A DNA stretch of 64,000 nucleotides from Chiloscyllium plagiosum (taxonomy: Eukaryota). Positions within the stretch are counted from its first letter, which is position 1, and each line of letters opens with the position of its first letter. The notes under the pieces are model-generated. The model saw nothing but the letters and a program-made list of their open reading frames with translations, was not told the origin of the DNA and searched no databases. Of the stretch, positions 12,623-24,669 are shown piece after piece. Position numbers and translations under genes: made by a program. The DNA lies in assembly GCF_004010195.1 (NCBI RefSeq), contig NC_057754.1, positions 5,038,220-5,102,219 on the forward strand, in the 5' to 3' direction.

Positions 12623-13911
12623 CACTGAAGAAGCTCCTGAACTTACCCATTGTGCATGTGTTAAACACTAAAACTGATTGGAGTTTGACCATAGACTTTG
12701 TACTTTTTGAAAGATCATTAGCACAGACCTCTCTGGTTTCAAAGTCAACTGTAATACGCCCCCCCCCGCCCCCCCAATGAATCCAGGTATTCATAGATTC
12801 TTAAAACACAGAAAGTAGCCTTCATAGCTTTTTGCAGTTTGTGAGGCTTTGAGATACGTGTATTCATGCACATACATGAAAAGCACATGGTCTGTAACAA
12901 TCTCACTCACTTGAGGCTGTATTAATAATCCTGCTGTTCATTGTAATGTCGATCTCAAACCAGAGTGGACATCTTCACATTATCCATGTTTGGCTCGCTG
13001 GACACACCTTTGGAGCCATCCTAGTTTTGCCTTCCTCTATCACCTGTGGTAACACAGAGCAGTATTCTGTCGTCTAACGGGTCTCTTCAGAATTCCATCC
13101 AGGAATCCATCTCAGGAGAGGTGTTTGAGCATCCTCCTCGTCCACAGATGTGTTTAAATCCTACATGGTCTGTATGAAAGAGGTGATACTTTCAATCCTT
13201 AAACCACATCAAGAATGGACTACTTTACACGTCTGTTAATCTATGAGGTGTGTCACAACTTGTGGATCAGCGCTTTGTTCATCAAAGTGAATTTTTAAAA
13301 ATTGTCTTAAACTGGTTTAAAGCTTCCAGCGTCTCTAAAAGCTTATTAATTGGTCGGGAAAATGCATCTTCACACAGCTGCCTCTGCTCCTGCTTCTATC
13401 ATCTCTTAGTTAAAAGCTCTGTTTAATCTCAAAGAGCTATTATGGCTTCAGATTGAAGAGAGTTACAATGACAGAACCTTAAGCCTGTACTCTCTTCAAA
13501 CAGTACCTTTCTTTTGATCTATCATTTTCTAAGTTTTATTTCTAAAAAGTATTTTCCAATATAGAATCTACTTAGAGAAGCTGTAAGGGGCAGCATTTTA
13601 TTTTCATTCCAGGGACAGTTTATTTCACTTTATCCAAAAATTGGTTTTGCTAATGGACGTTGTGGTGTAAATTCCTGTCGCTGTGAGTCACCTCTACCTG
13701 GTTAGCACCGGGACATCGCTCTGGAATTGGGCTCAGTACCTCTAGGCCAGGGTGGAACAATATCAGCCAAGGATTTGTACTCCTGATCGTCACCAAGTCA
13801 CTGCCGCCGGAGACAATTACAAATTGGAGGGGGGAGGGAGGGTTGTCGGATTGAGCTCAGCAGACACCTGGGAGGTCACTAGCTTTGACACAACTGTGGC
13901 CCCCAGCAAGG

Positions 13912-15150
13912 GTCACATAGTCATAGAGATGTACAGCACAGACATAGACCCTTCGGTCTAACTCGTCCATGCTAACCACATATCCTGAATTAATCTAGTG
14001 CCATTTCCCAGCACTTGGCCCATATCCCTCTAAACCCTTTCTATTCATATACCTATTTAGATGCTTTTTAAATGTTGTAATTATACTAGCCTCCACCATT
14101 TCCTCTGGCAGCTTATTCCACACAACCATCACCCTCTGTGAGAAAAAGTTGGCCCTTTTAAATCTTTCCCCTCTCGCTTTAAACCTATATCTTATCATTT
14201 TGGACTCGCCCACCCCAGGGAAAATACCTTATCTATTTATCCTATCCATGCCCCTCATGATTTTATAAACCTCTAAAAGGCCACCCATCAGCCTCCAACA
14301 CTCCAGGGAAAATAACCCCAGCCTAGTCAGTCTCTCCCTATAGCTCAAATCCTCCAACTCTGGCCAACAACCTCATAAATCTTTTTTGAACCCTTTCAAG
14401 TTTCACAATACCTTCCTATAGCAGGGAGACCAGAATTGCACACACTATTCCAAAGTGGCTTAACCAATGTCCCATACAACTGCAACATGACCTCCCAACT
14501 CCCATACACAATGCACTGACCAACAAAGGCATGCATACCAAATGCCTTCTTCACTCTCCTATCTACCTGCGACTCTACTTTCAAGGAATTATGAATCTGC
14601 ACTCCAAGGTCTCTTTGTACAGCAACACTTGCTAAGGTCCTACCATTAAGTGTATAAGACCTACTCTGATTTGCCTTTCTAAAATGCAGCACCTCACATT
14701 TATCTAAACTAAACTCCATCTGCCACTCCTCAGCCCATTGATCCATCTGATCAAGATGCCGTTGTACTCTGAGGTAACCTTCTTTGCTGTCCATTACACC
14801 TCCAATTTTAGATTAGATTGTCTACACGGCCCAACAAGTCCACAATGACCCTCCAAAGAGTAACCACCCAGACACATTTCCCTCCGAATAATGCAACTAA
14901 CACTATGGTCAATTTAGCATGGCCAATTCACCTGACCTGTCCATCTTTATTGCGGGAGGAAACCCACATGGACACAGGGAGAATATGCAAACTCCACACA
15001 GATAGTCACCCGAGTGTAGAATCAAACCCGGGTCCCTAGTGCTAAACACTGCCACCCCACGGTGGTTCAGCATCATTCTGGTGCCATCTGCAAACTTATT
15101 AACTATAACTCCTACGGTCACATTATTTAAATGACAAAAAGCAGTGAAGA
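13912..15150 (-). mobile_element. CR1/HER1-like LINE 3' part, split by a SINE at 14808-15065
   Basis: WAEEWQMEFSLDKCEVLHF and FFSQRVMVVWNKLP; NKFADGT continues after the SINE. Confidence 0.9.
14808..15065 (-). mobile_element. HE1-like SINE
   Basis: TTAGATTAGATT tail; GCAAACTCCACACAGA core. Confidence 0.8.
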
Positions 15151-15899
15151 GGAGGGGGAAAAGGATGGGTTGCTGCAAAGAAGATTGAGCTCATGGTGAT
15201 AAAGATTAATGTTAGGAACAGGAGTAGGCCATTCAGCCCCTTGAGTCTGTTCTGCCGTTTAACATGGCTGATCTGTGCTTTACTCCATATACCTGCCTTT
15301 GGCCCATATCCCTTAATACCTCTGTTTAACCATACACTAGCTCAGATTTAAACTGCCCAGAGGAGATTTCATTGAGGTGTATTAAATTCTGAGGGATGAC
15401 GTTTTGTCTTCACAGAGAGGTCAGCAACTGAGGAGGGCATAGATTTAGAGTGACAAATTTTAGCTTTTTATTGTCACGTATACTCAAGTATAGTAGTACA
15501 ATGAAAAGTGTATAATTTTGCCACACATCGCCATTTCAGGTTCCAAAGTGTCTACGTACAAAAAAAGCTTAGTTACAAAGTAGTAAGAGAAATGAGAGTT
15601 TAAAAAGTTAAGTATTACTTCATTGAATAGTGGAAAAATAAAGAAAAATGTTACAGGTTATATTCAAGTCTTTCATTGTTTGAACTAGGAAAATGAAGGA
15701 ATAAGCTAAAAGTTCAGTCCTCTGCTTATCTTGCTCTGCTGTCTGTTCTTGCAGCCACTGCTACAGATACCATTGCTGATGCTGAAACTGCCAACTCTCT
15801 GAGCTTCCCTGGTGCCTCGGAAACAGGCCCAGGCAGGATTCACTCACACGCCGACCCGAGAGACCGCCTCAAGCTGCGAAGAAACTGACTGACATATCA

Positions 15900-16680
15900 C
15901 CAAGAGACCAGGCCCAGGACTCGCCACGAGACGCTAAGAGACCAGGACCGGGACGAACCACGTGACACCGAGACACCAGGACCAGGACTCCCCACGAGAC
16001 GCCGAGAGACCAGGCCCGGGACTCATCACGAGATGCCGAGAAACCAGGACTGGGATGCACCACGAGACGTTGAGAGACCAGGCCCGGCACTCACCACGAG
16101 ACGCTGAGAGACCAGGCACAGGACCCACCAAGAGATGCTGAGAGACCAGGCCCAGGACTCACCATGAGACGCCGAGACACCAGGCCCGGGACTCACCATG
16201 AGACACCGAGAGACCAGGCCCGGGACTCACCATGAGACGCCGAGACACCAGGCCCGGGACTCACCATGAGACGCCGAGACACCAGGCCTGGGACTCACCA
16301 CGAGACGCCGAGACACCAGGCCCAGGACTCACCACGAGAGACCAGGCCCAGGACCCACCACGAGACGCTGAGAAACCAGGCGCAGGACTCACCATGAGAC
16401 GCCGAGACACCAGGCCCAGGACCCACCACAAGATGCTGAGAGACTAGGTCCAGGATCCACCATGAAACGCCAAGAGACCAGGCCCAGGACTCACCACGAG
16501 ATGCTGAGAGACCAGGCCCAGGACTCACCACAAAACGGCGAGAGACCAGGCCCGGGACTCACCACGAGACGCTGAGAGACCAGGCCCAGGACCCACCACA
16601 AGACGCTGAGAGACCCGGCCAGGATCCACCATAAAACGCCGGAAGATCAGACCCAGGACCCGCCATGAGCCTAGAACCTG
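15900..16680. repeat. GC-rich minisatellite A, 34-bp unit GAGACGCCGAGA(G/C)ACCAGGCCC(A/G)GGACTCACCA(C/T), about 20 or more copies
   Basis: Direct inspection; GAGAC recurs at 16166, 16200, 16234. Confidence 0.95.
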
Positions 16681-16714
16681 CCACGAGACGCCGAGAGACC
16701 AGGCTAGGACCTGC

Positions 16715-17036
16715 CACGAGCCAATGAGAAACCAGGCTGGGAGCCACCAGGAGCCAATGAGAGACCAGGCTGGGAGCCGCCAGGAGCCAATGAGCGACCA
16801 GGCCAGGACCTGCCACGAGTCAATGAGAGACCAGGCTGGGAGCCACCAGGAGCCAATGAGAGACCAGGCTGGGAGCCACCAGGAGCCAATGAGAGACCAG
16901 GCTAGGAGCCACCAGGAGCCAATGAGAGACCAGGCTGGGAGCCACCAGGAGCCAATGAGAGACCAGGCTGGGAGCCACCAGCAGCCAATGAGAAACCAGG
17001 CCAGGACCTGCTGGGAGCCAATGAGAGACCAGGCTG
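16715..17036. repeat. Minisatellite B, 33-bp unit GAGCCAATGAGAGACCAGGCTGGGAGCCACCAG, 10 copies
   Basis: CCAAT recurs at an exact 33-bp period from 16721 to 17018. Confidence 0.95.
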
Positions 17037-17238
17037 ACAGCTACTGTAGAAGGGAGTTGAGAATCTTTTCTATTCAGAAAGCAGGAGAATTCTGAAGCTA
17101 ATTTTCTGAAAAAAGTTGCACTTACTCATTGTATTTTAATAAATATTTGTGAGAAATAGAGATCGAGGGGAGATTTGACAGAGGTCTACAGGATTATGGG
17201 AACCATGGGTAGGTGGACAAAGAAATTCTGTTTCTGAT

Positions 17239-18204
17239 GGACTTCAGTAAGGCGCTCGACAAGGTTCCCCATGGGAGACTGATCAGCAAGGTTAGATCTC
17301 ATGGAATACAGGGAGAACTAGCCATTTGGATACAGACCAGGCTCAAAGAAGACAGAGGGTGGTGATGGAGGGTTGTTTTTCAGACTGGAGGCCTGTGACC
17401 AGTGGAGTGCCACAAGGATCGGTGCTGGGTCCTCTACTTTTTGTCATTTACATAAATGATTTGGATGCGAGCATAAGAGGTACAGTTAGTAAGTTTGCAG
17501 ATGACTTGGAGTGCAGGTTCATAGCTCCTTGAAAGTGGAGTCGCAGGTAGATAGGATAGTGAAGAAGGCGTTTGGTATGCTTTCTTTGATTTGGTCAGAG
17601 TATTGAGTACAGGAGTTGGGAGGTCATTTTGCGGCTGTACAAGACATTGGTTAGGCCACTGTTGGAATATTGCGTGCAATTCTGGTCTCCTTCCTATCAG
17701 AAAGATGTTGTGAAACTTGAAAGTGTTCAAAAAAGATTTACAAGGATGTTGCCAGGGTTGGAGGGTTTGAGCTACAGGGAGAGGCTGAACAGGCTGGAGC
17801 TGTTTTCCCTGGAGCATCGGAGGCTGAGGGGTGACCTTATAGAGGTTTACAAAATTATGAGGGGCATGGATAGGATAAATAGACCAAGTCTTTTCCCTGG
17901 AGTCGGGAAGTCCAGAACTAGAGGGCATAGGTTTAGGGTGAGAGGGGAAAGATATAAAAGAGATCTAAGGGGCAACTTTTTCACACAGAGGGTGGTACGA
18001 GTATGGAATGAGTTGCCAGAGAATGTGGTGAAGGCTGGTACAATTGCAACATTTAAGAGGCATTTGGATGGGTATACGAATAGGAAGGGTTTGGAAGGAT
18101 ATGGGCCAGGCGCTGGCAGGTGGGACTAGACTGGGTTGTGATATCTGGTCGGCATGGACGGGTTGGACCGAAGGGTCTGTTTCCATGCTGGACATCTCTA
18201 TAGC
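17239..18204 (+). mobile_element. Young CR1/HER1-like LINE, 5'-truncated with an internal deletion near 17505
   Basis: [27 protein letters not shown], intact 166-aa C-terminal frame; candidate TSD TCTGAT at 17233 and 18205. Confidence 0.92.
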
Positions 18205-18278
18205 TCTGATAGCAGAAGGTACAAGGACAGAGGACACCAGTTTAAGGTTTTAAGCAAGAGACGTATGGATAAGTTCTA

Positions 18279-18351
18279 GAGCGGCACTCCGAAAGCTAGT
18301 GCTTCCAATTAAACCTGTTGTACTATAACCTGGTGTTGTGTGATTTTTAAC
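18279..18351 (+). mobile_element. Penelope-like 3' terminus (family 3), starting inside hammerhead stem II
   Basis: GAGCGGCACTCC-GAAAGCTA-GTGCTTCCAATTAAACCTG; same family as 51910-52062. Confidence 0.6.
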
Positions 18352-18774
18352 TACGTTTGCAGGGGTGATGGTATATGGAGGAAGGACGCAGGCAATTGAC
18401 CTGACTGGACTGTTCTTTGCAGTACTAACAGGGATTTAGTACACCATAATGATCCCACGATGTATCTTGAGTGCTGTTAGATACAAGACTATAGGACCAA
18501 CAGCTAGAATCTAGTTTTACGAGGATAATTTTCCCACCAGGTTTGGATACTGTGGACCAAATAGCCTCCTCTTTATGCTTAAATTTCTGATAAGCAAGCA
18601 ACATGACAAATTTAATTAGATGGGCTCCTTTGTTGAAGTTTTCTGGTGAGAAAAGTGAGTTTGGTGGGAAATTAATGAGCAGAAATGTTGCCAATGCTCA
18701 CAAATATTTTAGAAGCATCATCTTACCAAACAGCACAGAGAAATATGGTTCCTCTTAGTTTACCAAGCCTGCAA

Positions 18775-19545
18775 GAATCACAGAATCCCTACAGTGTGGA
18801 AGCAAACCACTCAGCCCATCAAGTCTGCAAAGACCCTCTGAAGAGCATCCCACCCAGATCCACCCTATATTTCTCATGCCAATCCACCCTAACCTACACA
18901 TTCCCGGACACTACAGGGTAATTGAGCATGGCGGAGGTGGGTACTGCAGATGCTGGAGATTAGAGTCAAGATTAGAGTGGTGCTGGAAAAGCACAGCAGG
19001 TCAGGCAGCATCCGAGGAGCAGGAAAATTGACGTTTCGGGCAAAAGTCCTTCATCATTCCTGATGAAGGGCTTTTGCAGAAACATCGATTTTCCTACTCC
19101 TCAGTAATCCATCCTAACCCACACATCCCTGGACACTATGGGGCAATTTAGCACAGCCAATCCATCCTAACCTGCACATCCCTGGACACTATGGGACAAT
19201 TTAGTACAGCCAATCCACCCTAACCTACACATCCCTGGACACTATGGGCAATTTAGCACGGCCAATCCACTCTAACCTGCACATCCCTAGGCACTATGAA
19301 GCAATTTAGCATGGCCAATCCACCCTAACCTGCACATCCCTGGACACTATGGGACAATTCAGCATGGCCAATCCACCCTAACCTGCACATCTTTGGACTG
19401 TGGGAGGAAACTGGAGCACCTGGAGGAAACCCTATGCAGACACTGGGAGAATGTGCAAACTCCACACAGTCGCCCGAGGGTAGAAATAGAAACTAGGTCA
19501 CTCGTGCTGTGAGGCAGCAGTGCTAACCACTTAGTCACCATGTGT
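18775..19545 (-). mobile_element. HE1-like SINE with tandemly amplified 52-53-bp internal unit and a nested PLE
   Basis: tRNA head near 19480-19545; GGACACTA-type unit at 18906, 19131, 19184, 19237, 19289, 19342. Confidence 0.85.
18933..19103. mobile_element. Fold-back Penelope-derived mini-element (family 1)
   Basis: Inverted repeat centred on TTCATCA-TTCC-TGATGAA; hammerhead-like core on each strand. Confidence 0.8.
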
Positions 19546-19794
19546 GCTAATTACTATTACTTTTAAAGAAATTACTATTCATTCATGGTGAATGTATTAA
19601 AGATCCAATCACTGACTGGATGATACCCTCAATTGTCAATCATTAGCAATCTTGGGAGCATCCAAAGGAAGGGATATATTTATCATATCAGTAGGAGTTA
19701 GAGATGCACTTAGGTCTGGAGGTGAAAAGGCAGTGTTTTATTCCTGCATTACTCCCCCTTTTCCACTCATTACTCCTCCTTTCCAGTACATTTC

Positions 19795-20505
19795 AGTCAT
19801 AGAGTCATAGAGATGTACAGCATGGAAACAGACCCTTCGGTCCAACCCGTCCATGCCGACCAGATACCCCAACCCAATCTAGTTCCACCTGCCAGCACCC
19901 GGCCCATATCCCTCCAAATCCTTCCTATTCATATACCCATCCAAATGCCTCTTAAATGTTGCAATTGTACCAGCCTCCACCACNNNNNNNNNNNNNNNNN
20001 NNNNNNNNNNNNNNNNNNNNNNNNNNNNNNNNNNNNNNNNNNNNNNNNNNNNNNNNNNNNNNNNNNNNNNNNNNNNNNNNNNNNNNNNNNNNNNNNNNNN
20101 NNNNNNNNNNNNNNNNNNNNNNNNNNNNNNNNNNNNNNNNNNNNNNNNNNNNNNNNNNNNNNNNNNNNNNNNNNNNNNNNNNNNNNNNNNNNNNNNNNNN
20201 NNNNNNNNNNNNNNNNNNNNNNNNNNNNNNNNNNNNNNNNNNNNNNNNNNNNNNNNNNNNNNNNNNNNNNNNNNACTCTGACCAATAAAGGAAAGCATAC
20301 CAAACGCCTTCTTCACTATCCTATCTACCTGCAACTCCACTTTCAAGGAGCTATGAACCTGCACTCCAAGGTCTCTTTGTTCAGCAACACTCCCTAGGTC
20401 ATTACCATTAAGTGTATAAGTCCTGCTAAGATTTGCTTTCCCAAAATGCAGCACCTTGCATTTATCACATTTATCTGAATTAAACTCCATCTGCCACTTC
20501 TCAGT
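19795..20505 (-). mobile_element. Young CR1/HER1-like LINE spanning the assembly gap
   Basis: Both flanks of the gap match the 17239-18204 family. Confidence 0.9.
19984..20274. other. Assembly gap (291 N)
   Basis: Run of N. Confidence 1.
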
Positions 20506-20685
20506 CTATTTCTGCCTTTGAGTTCTAAGGGTCATTCAGCAGGTTTGCTAGTTTACATCTGACCTACATTCACATAAAAGCAACTGACATTCACACGAAA
20601 TTGTCCCATAATGTCCAGGGATGTATAGGTTAGGATAGATGAGAGATGCTTCTTTCTGACTGAAAATGCATATTTGTGGTGCAGA

Positions 20686-20827
20686 ACTCTGTATCTAACT
20701 CTGTGCTGTCCCTGTCCTGGGAGTGTTTGAGGGGGACATTGTAGAGAGAGCGTTACTCTGTATCTAACCTCATGCTGTCCCCTATCCTGAGAGTGTTTGA
20801 GGAGGCAGTGTTGAGAGAACTTTACTC
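20686..20827. repeat. Two diverged copies of a 69-bp satellite-like unit (ACTCTGTATCTAAC...GAGTGTTTGA...)
   Basis: ACTC unit starts at 20686, 20755 and 20824. Confidence 0.75.
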
Positions 20828-21104
20828 AGTACCTTACCTCAGAATGCCTGCTGCTGACTTTAGGTGTCAAGATGTAAACTGTTCCTTTTTCAGACACTTG
20901 ATTTATTTCACCTTGAAGAGAGAACAAATAATGAAAGAAAAAGTGGTTTACACAGCGTGTTAATCAATGAGGGTGGATTATGTAGAGATTCAGACTATAA
21001 TCTTGTCAACATTTTTTTGTACAGGCAACAATGAAAGCTAAGTTGGAAAAAAAATCAATGTTTGATATCTGATTAGACATTACAACAACAGTAATGAAGT
21101 GTTT

Positions 21105-22007
21105 AGAACAAACAGTCTTACTGCAAATTCAACCCAAACTCTGGGTCAGATATGTGGATGACACCTTTGTAATCATTAAAAACACAGAAATAGAGAACAC
21201 AGACCAGATCATCAACGCCACACTCACAGGAATCCGATTCACTAGAGAGGAAGAAAAGGACAACCAACTCCCATTCCTAGACGTGATGGTACAGAGAACA
21301 CCGAACGGAGAATTCACCACAAAGGTATACAGGAAAGCCACACACACAGACCAAGTCCTGAACTACGAAAGCAACCACCCCAACACACACAAAAGAAGTT
21401 GCATCAAGACACTGTTCAAAAGGGCCACAACACACTGCAGCACACCAGAACTGCAAAAAGAGGAAGAAGAACACCTATACAATGTATTCACCAAAAACAG
21501 ATGCCCGTGCAATTTCATCAACAGATGCCTAAGGGAAAGACAACAGAACGAGGACATGCCACAACCCAAAGGACTAGCCACATTACCATACATCAAGAGC
21601 ATTTCCGAACTGACAGCCAGACTACTGCGACCACTAAGGACTCATAACGGCACACAAACCAACAGCCATTCTCAGACAACAACTCACCAGAACGAAGGAC
21701 CCGATACCCAGAGAACAGCCAGGGATTTCCTAGAGGCATGGCACTCATCCACAGATTCAATCAATAAGCACATCGACCTGGACCCAATATACCGACCACT
21801 GCAACGGATAGCTGGAACTGACAACCGGAAGCGGCAGATTCAAACCACTACAAATGCCGGAGGAAAGATCACAGAAGCACTTCACAGGAGGCTCCCAAGC
21901 ACTGAGGATGTCACCTAGACAGGGGACGAAACATCTGCAACACAAATTCCCAGCTCGGCGAACAGAACCACAACGAGCACCCGAGCTACAAATCTTCTCC
22001 CAAACTT
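21105..22007 (+). mobile_element. Penelope-like element (family 2), RT core and thumb; GIY-YIG domain deleted
   Basis: LWVRYVDDTF, QLPFLDV, VYRKATHTDQVL, LPYIK, FLEAWHS; candidate TSD TGAAGTGTTT at 21095 and 22008. Confidence 0.9.
21899..21938 (+). ncRNA. Minimal hammerhead motif of PLE family 2 (stem III palindrome mutated ACGU>ACAU)
   Basis: GCA-CUGAGGA-U-GUCACCU AGAC AGGGGAC-GAAAC-AUC-UGC. Confidence 0.65.
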
Positions 22008-22449
22008 TGAAGTGTTTCAAAAAACAAACAAGGGGAAGTTATTTATCTTAAAACCTCCAGGTTGTTTCGGAGTCTTTTCACAACAATATTGCTTCAATTA
22101 ATTTTGACCTCTGCACAAAATATTCTGAGTGATGATGCACTTCAAGAAGTTACAAAACTGGACAGCAGTCAGAAACCTTATAGAAAGTGATCCCAGGCCA
22201 TTGGGCTTGGGATCCCCTAATTCAAGATTCTTCCACAAAAGGTAATATCTTCTCCACATCCACCTGGTCAAACCTCCTCAGGAACTCTGACTCTTAAACT
22301 CTGCAAGATACAGGTCTTGCCTGTAGAGCCTTTCCTAATAAGTTAATCCTTCATTCCAGGTATTATTGTGGTAAACCTTGTCTGAACTGCTTAACTGCTC
22401 TGAACTCACTCAAGCCCTGGCAATTTAGCTTAACATCAATTGTTAGTAT

Positions 22450-22975
22450 TTTTTATTTGTGGGATGTGGGCGTCACTGGCTGGGCCAGCATTTACTGCCC
22501 GTCCCTAGTGGTCCTTGAGAAAGTGGTGCTGAGCTGTCTCCTTGAACTGCTGCAGTCCACCTGCTGTGGGTTGACCCACAATGGCCTTAGGGAGAGAATT
22601 CCAGGATTTTGACCCAGCAACGGTGAGGGAACGGTGATACGTTTCCAAGTCAGGACGGTGAGTGGCCTGGGGGGGGGGGGGGGAGATCTTGAAGGTGACG
22701 GTCTTCCTGCATATCTGTTGCCCTTTATTCTTCAGATGTGCGCAGTATAGGTAAGGCCAGCGTTAATTACCCATCCCTGGTGGTGTACCACCTTCTTAAA
22801 CTGCCCTCTGCCCAATGCTACTGTTAGGGATGGAGTTTAAGATTTTGGATCAGGAAGACAGGTACATGTTCAAGTGAAGATTATTGGGTGAATTTGGAGG
22901 TGATAGCGTTCTCAAGTACCTGCTACACTTTTATTTATAAGCAGTGGAGTCTGTGGGTTTGGGAGGTGTTTCTAA
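22450..22975 (-). mobile_element. Two tandem 3' ends of a CR1-type LINE (second clade)
   Basis: Same family as 41380-41760 and 53075-53440. Confidence 0.7.
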
Positions 22976-24669
22976 ATTGAAAATGAAGCCTAACTTTAAT
23001 CAGAGAGCAGCTCCACAAGATGAAGGAGGTAAAGTTAGTAACACCTGGGACGTTGTTCTGAGATACTCCTGCAGTGGCGGTTTGCGAGCCGAGATGATGA
23101 GTCGCCAACGAGATGAAGGCTCACAATTTATTATTTGGAAATTTGGGTTCCAATATGGACAAAACCTGCACAGCTTTAAGTTTGATTTGCCTTTTTGTGT
23201 TGTGTGTGTGTCAAGAAGAGGAGACATAGAATCCAAAAATGCACTTAAATCTATGAATGGTAAAGTGTTGTCTAGAGAGTTGTATAAATGCACTTAGACA
23301 GGCTTCCTAAAAAAAACCCTTGAGGTGAATAGTTCAGTGATTTAGAAAACAAATAATAGAAGAGAGAAAAAAATTTGAGCTGTTGCCTAGTAACAAGGTG
23401 TCCTTTGCGTTATGGACTTGACCGGACCCCGTCAAAAATATTTAAGAAGGTAGAACACATCCTAATTTTTTCTGATTTTAAAGGTAAATGTGAAGTGCCT
23501 GTTCCAGATGCAATGTGGCTACTCGACATTAAACAAAACACGATTTATGTAAATACTGTAGTTAAAATACAACCAAAAAAAAGTGGAATTTAGAATAACT
23601 TAAAAGAATTTAAATAGATAGAGAATATCATATACAATAACTATTATTAATGGACTAATCCAATATTCCCTAAACACACCCCTTGGCAAAAAGGAAAATT
23701 CAGACTCAGATTCTCACATGCAGTTCTCCAATCCATGAGGAAAAAATCATCAAGAAAAGATTCAGAGATAGTAGCAGCCAGGAGACATTCACTGAAACTT
23801 CCAACTCTGTTGAGACCCCAATATCTTCTGATGTTACTGAAAAAACTGAAAGCCAGAAATCTGGATTTGAGAGAGCTGGCCACACCCATTCAGGCTGTTA
23901 AACAACACCAAAGGCCTCCCAAGCCTACAAGAGGTCATCAGTAGCTAGTTCAGTGCCTCCGCCTTACAACCTCTAAAGTGTACTTTATCAGTTTGAGCAG
24001 GAGTCATCCTGGGTAGTTTAAAACTCAGGAAGAGGATAGCTTTAGAAAGAAAAGGCTGGGCAAGTGGGATTTAAGGAGCCCATATTAAAACGATAAGTGA
24101 GCTGCGTTGGCAGTTTGCTTCAGGGTCTCAGGAACAAACATGAACTAAAGAAGGCAGCGCTGAGTAAATGAAGATGTTTGCCACGAAAGAAGCCAAGTAC
24201 TACAACAGGTCTCCCATTTAATGTCCAGCAGGTAGCTCTAGTATTGCATCTAGTAGAAGACTGGCTGCCTAGATTGACAAGAGACTTTGCATTAGCTTCC
24301 CACAGCCTGACAGAGAATGATGAACATTGCGCCATCTCATCCAGGCAGCCACATGCAGCATATCCTTGGGGATCCCAATGCGAATGATGAAGCGACATTA
24401 ATTTCACGAACTTGACATCCATCAAAAGTTTCACTTGTCAAGGTAGATGCAAGATTACCTGCATTTCAGAGGGAACAACTGTTTAATATTGTCTGAGAAA
24501 TAGGGTGCTGTCTAGTTGGAGAGTGCAGTGTGGTTGTTTCAAGGATTGCCAAGGGGAATGCATCAGGGAACAATGTCCCCCCCAAGGTTTTGTTCAGCTA
24601 TTCGGGGATCCTCTCCAGCAGCTGATGTTCCCTGCAAGGCTGCCAGTCCTTGCAGCGAGAGGTGACATG

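Noticed and set aside
15900..17036. CRISPR-like appearance of the 33-34-bp repeats
   Set aside because: Units are contiguous with no unique spacers, there are no cas genes, and the context is eukaryotic
16724..17095. 123-aa ORF of (MRDQAGSHQEP)n repeats, and other ORFs over 15869-16889
   Set aside because: A by-product of a 33-bp GC-rich unit lacking stops; no splice or homology support
19813..20490. Long ORFs containing X runs
   Set aside because: Artefacts of the N gap inside a CR1 copy; comparison with 17602-18024 suggests about 420 bp are missing versus 291 N
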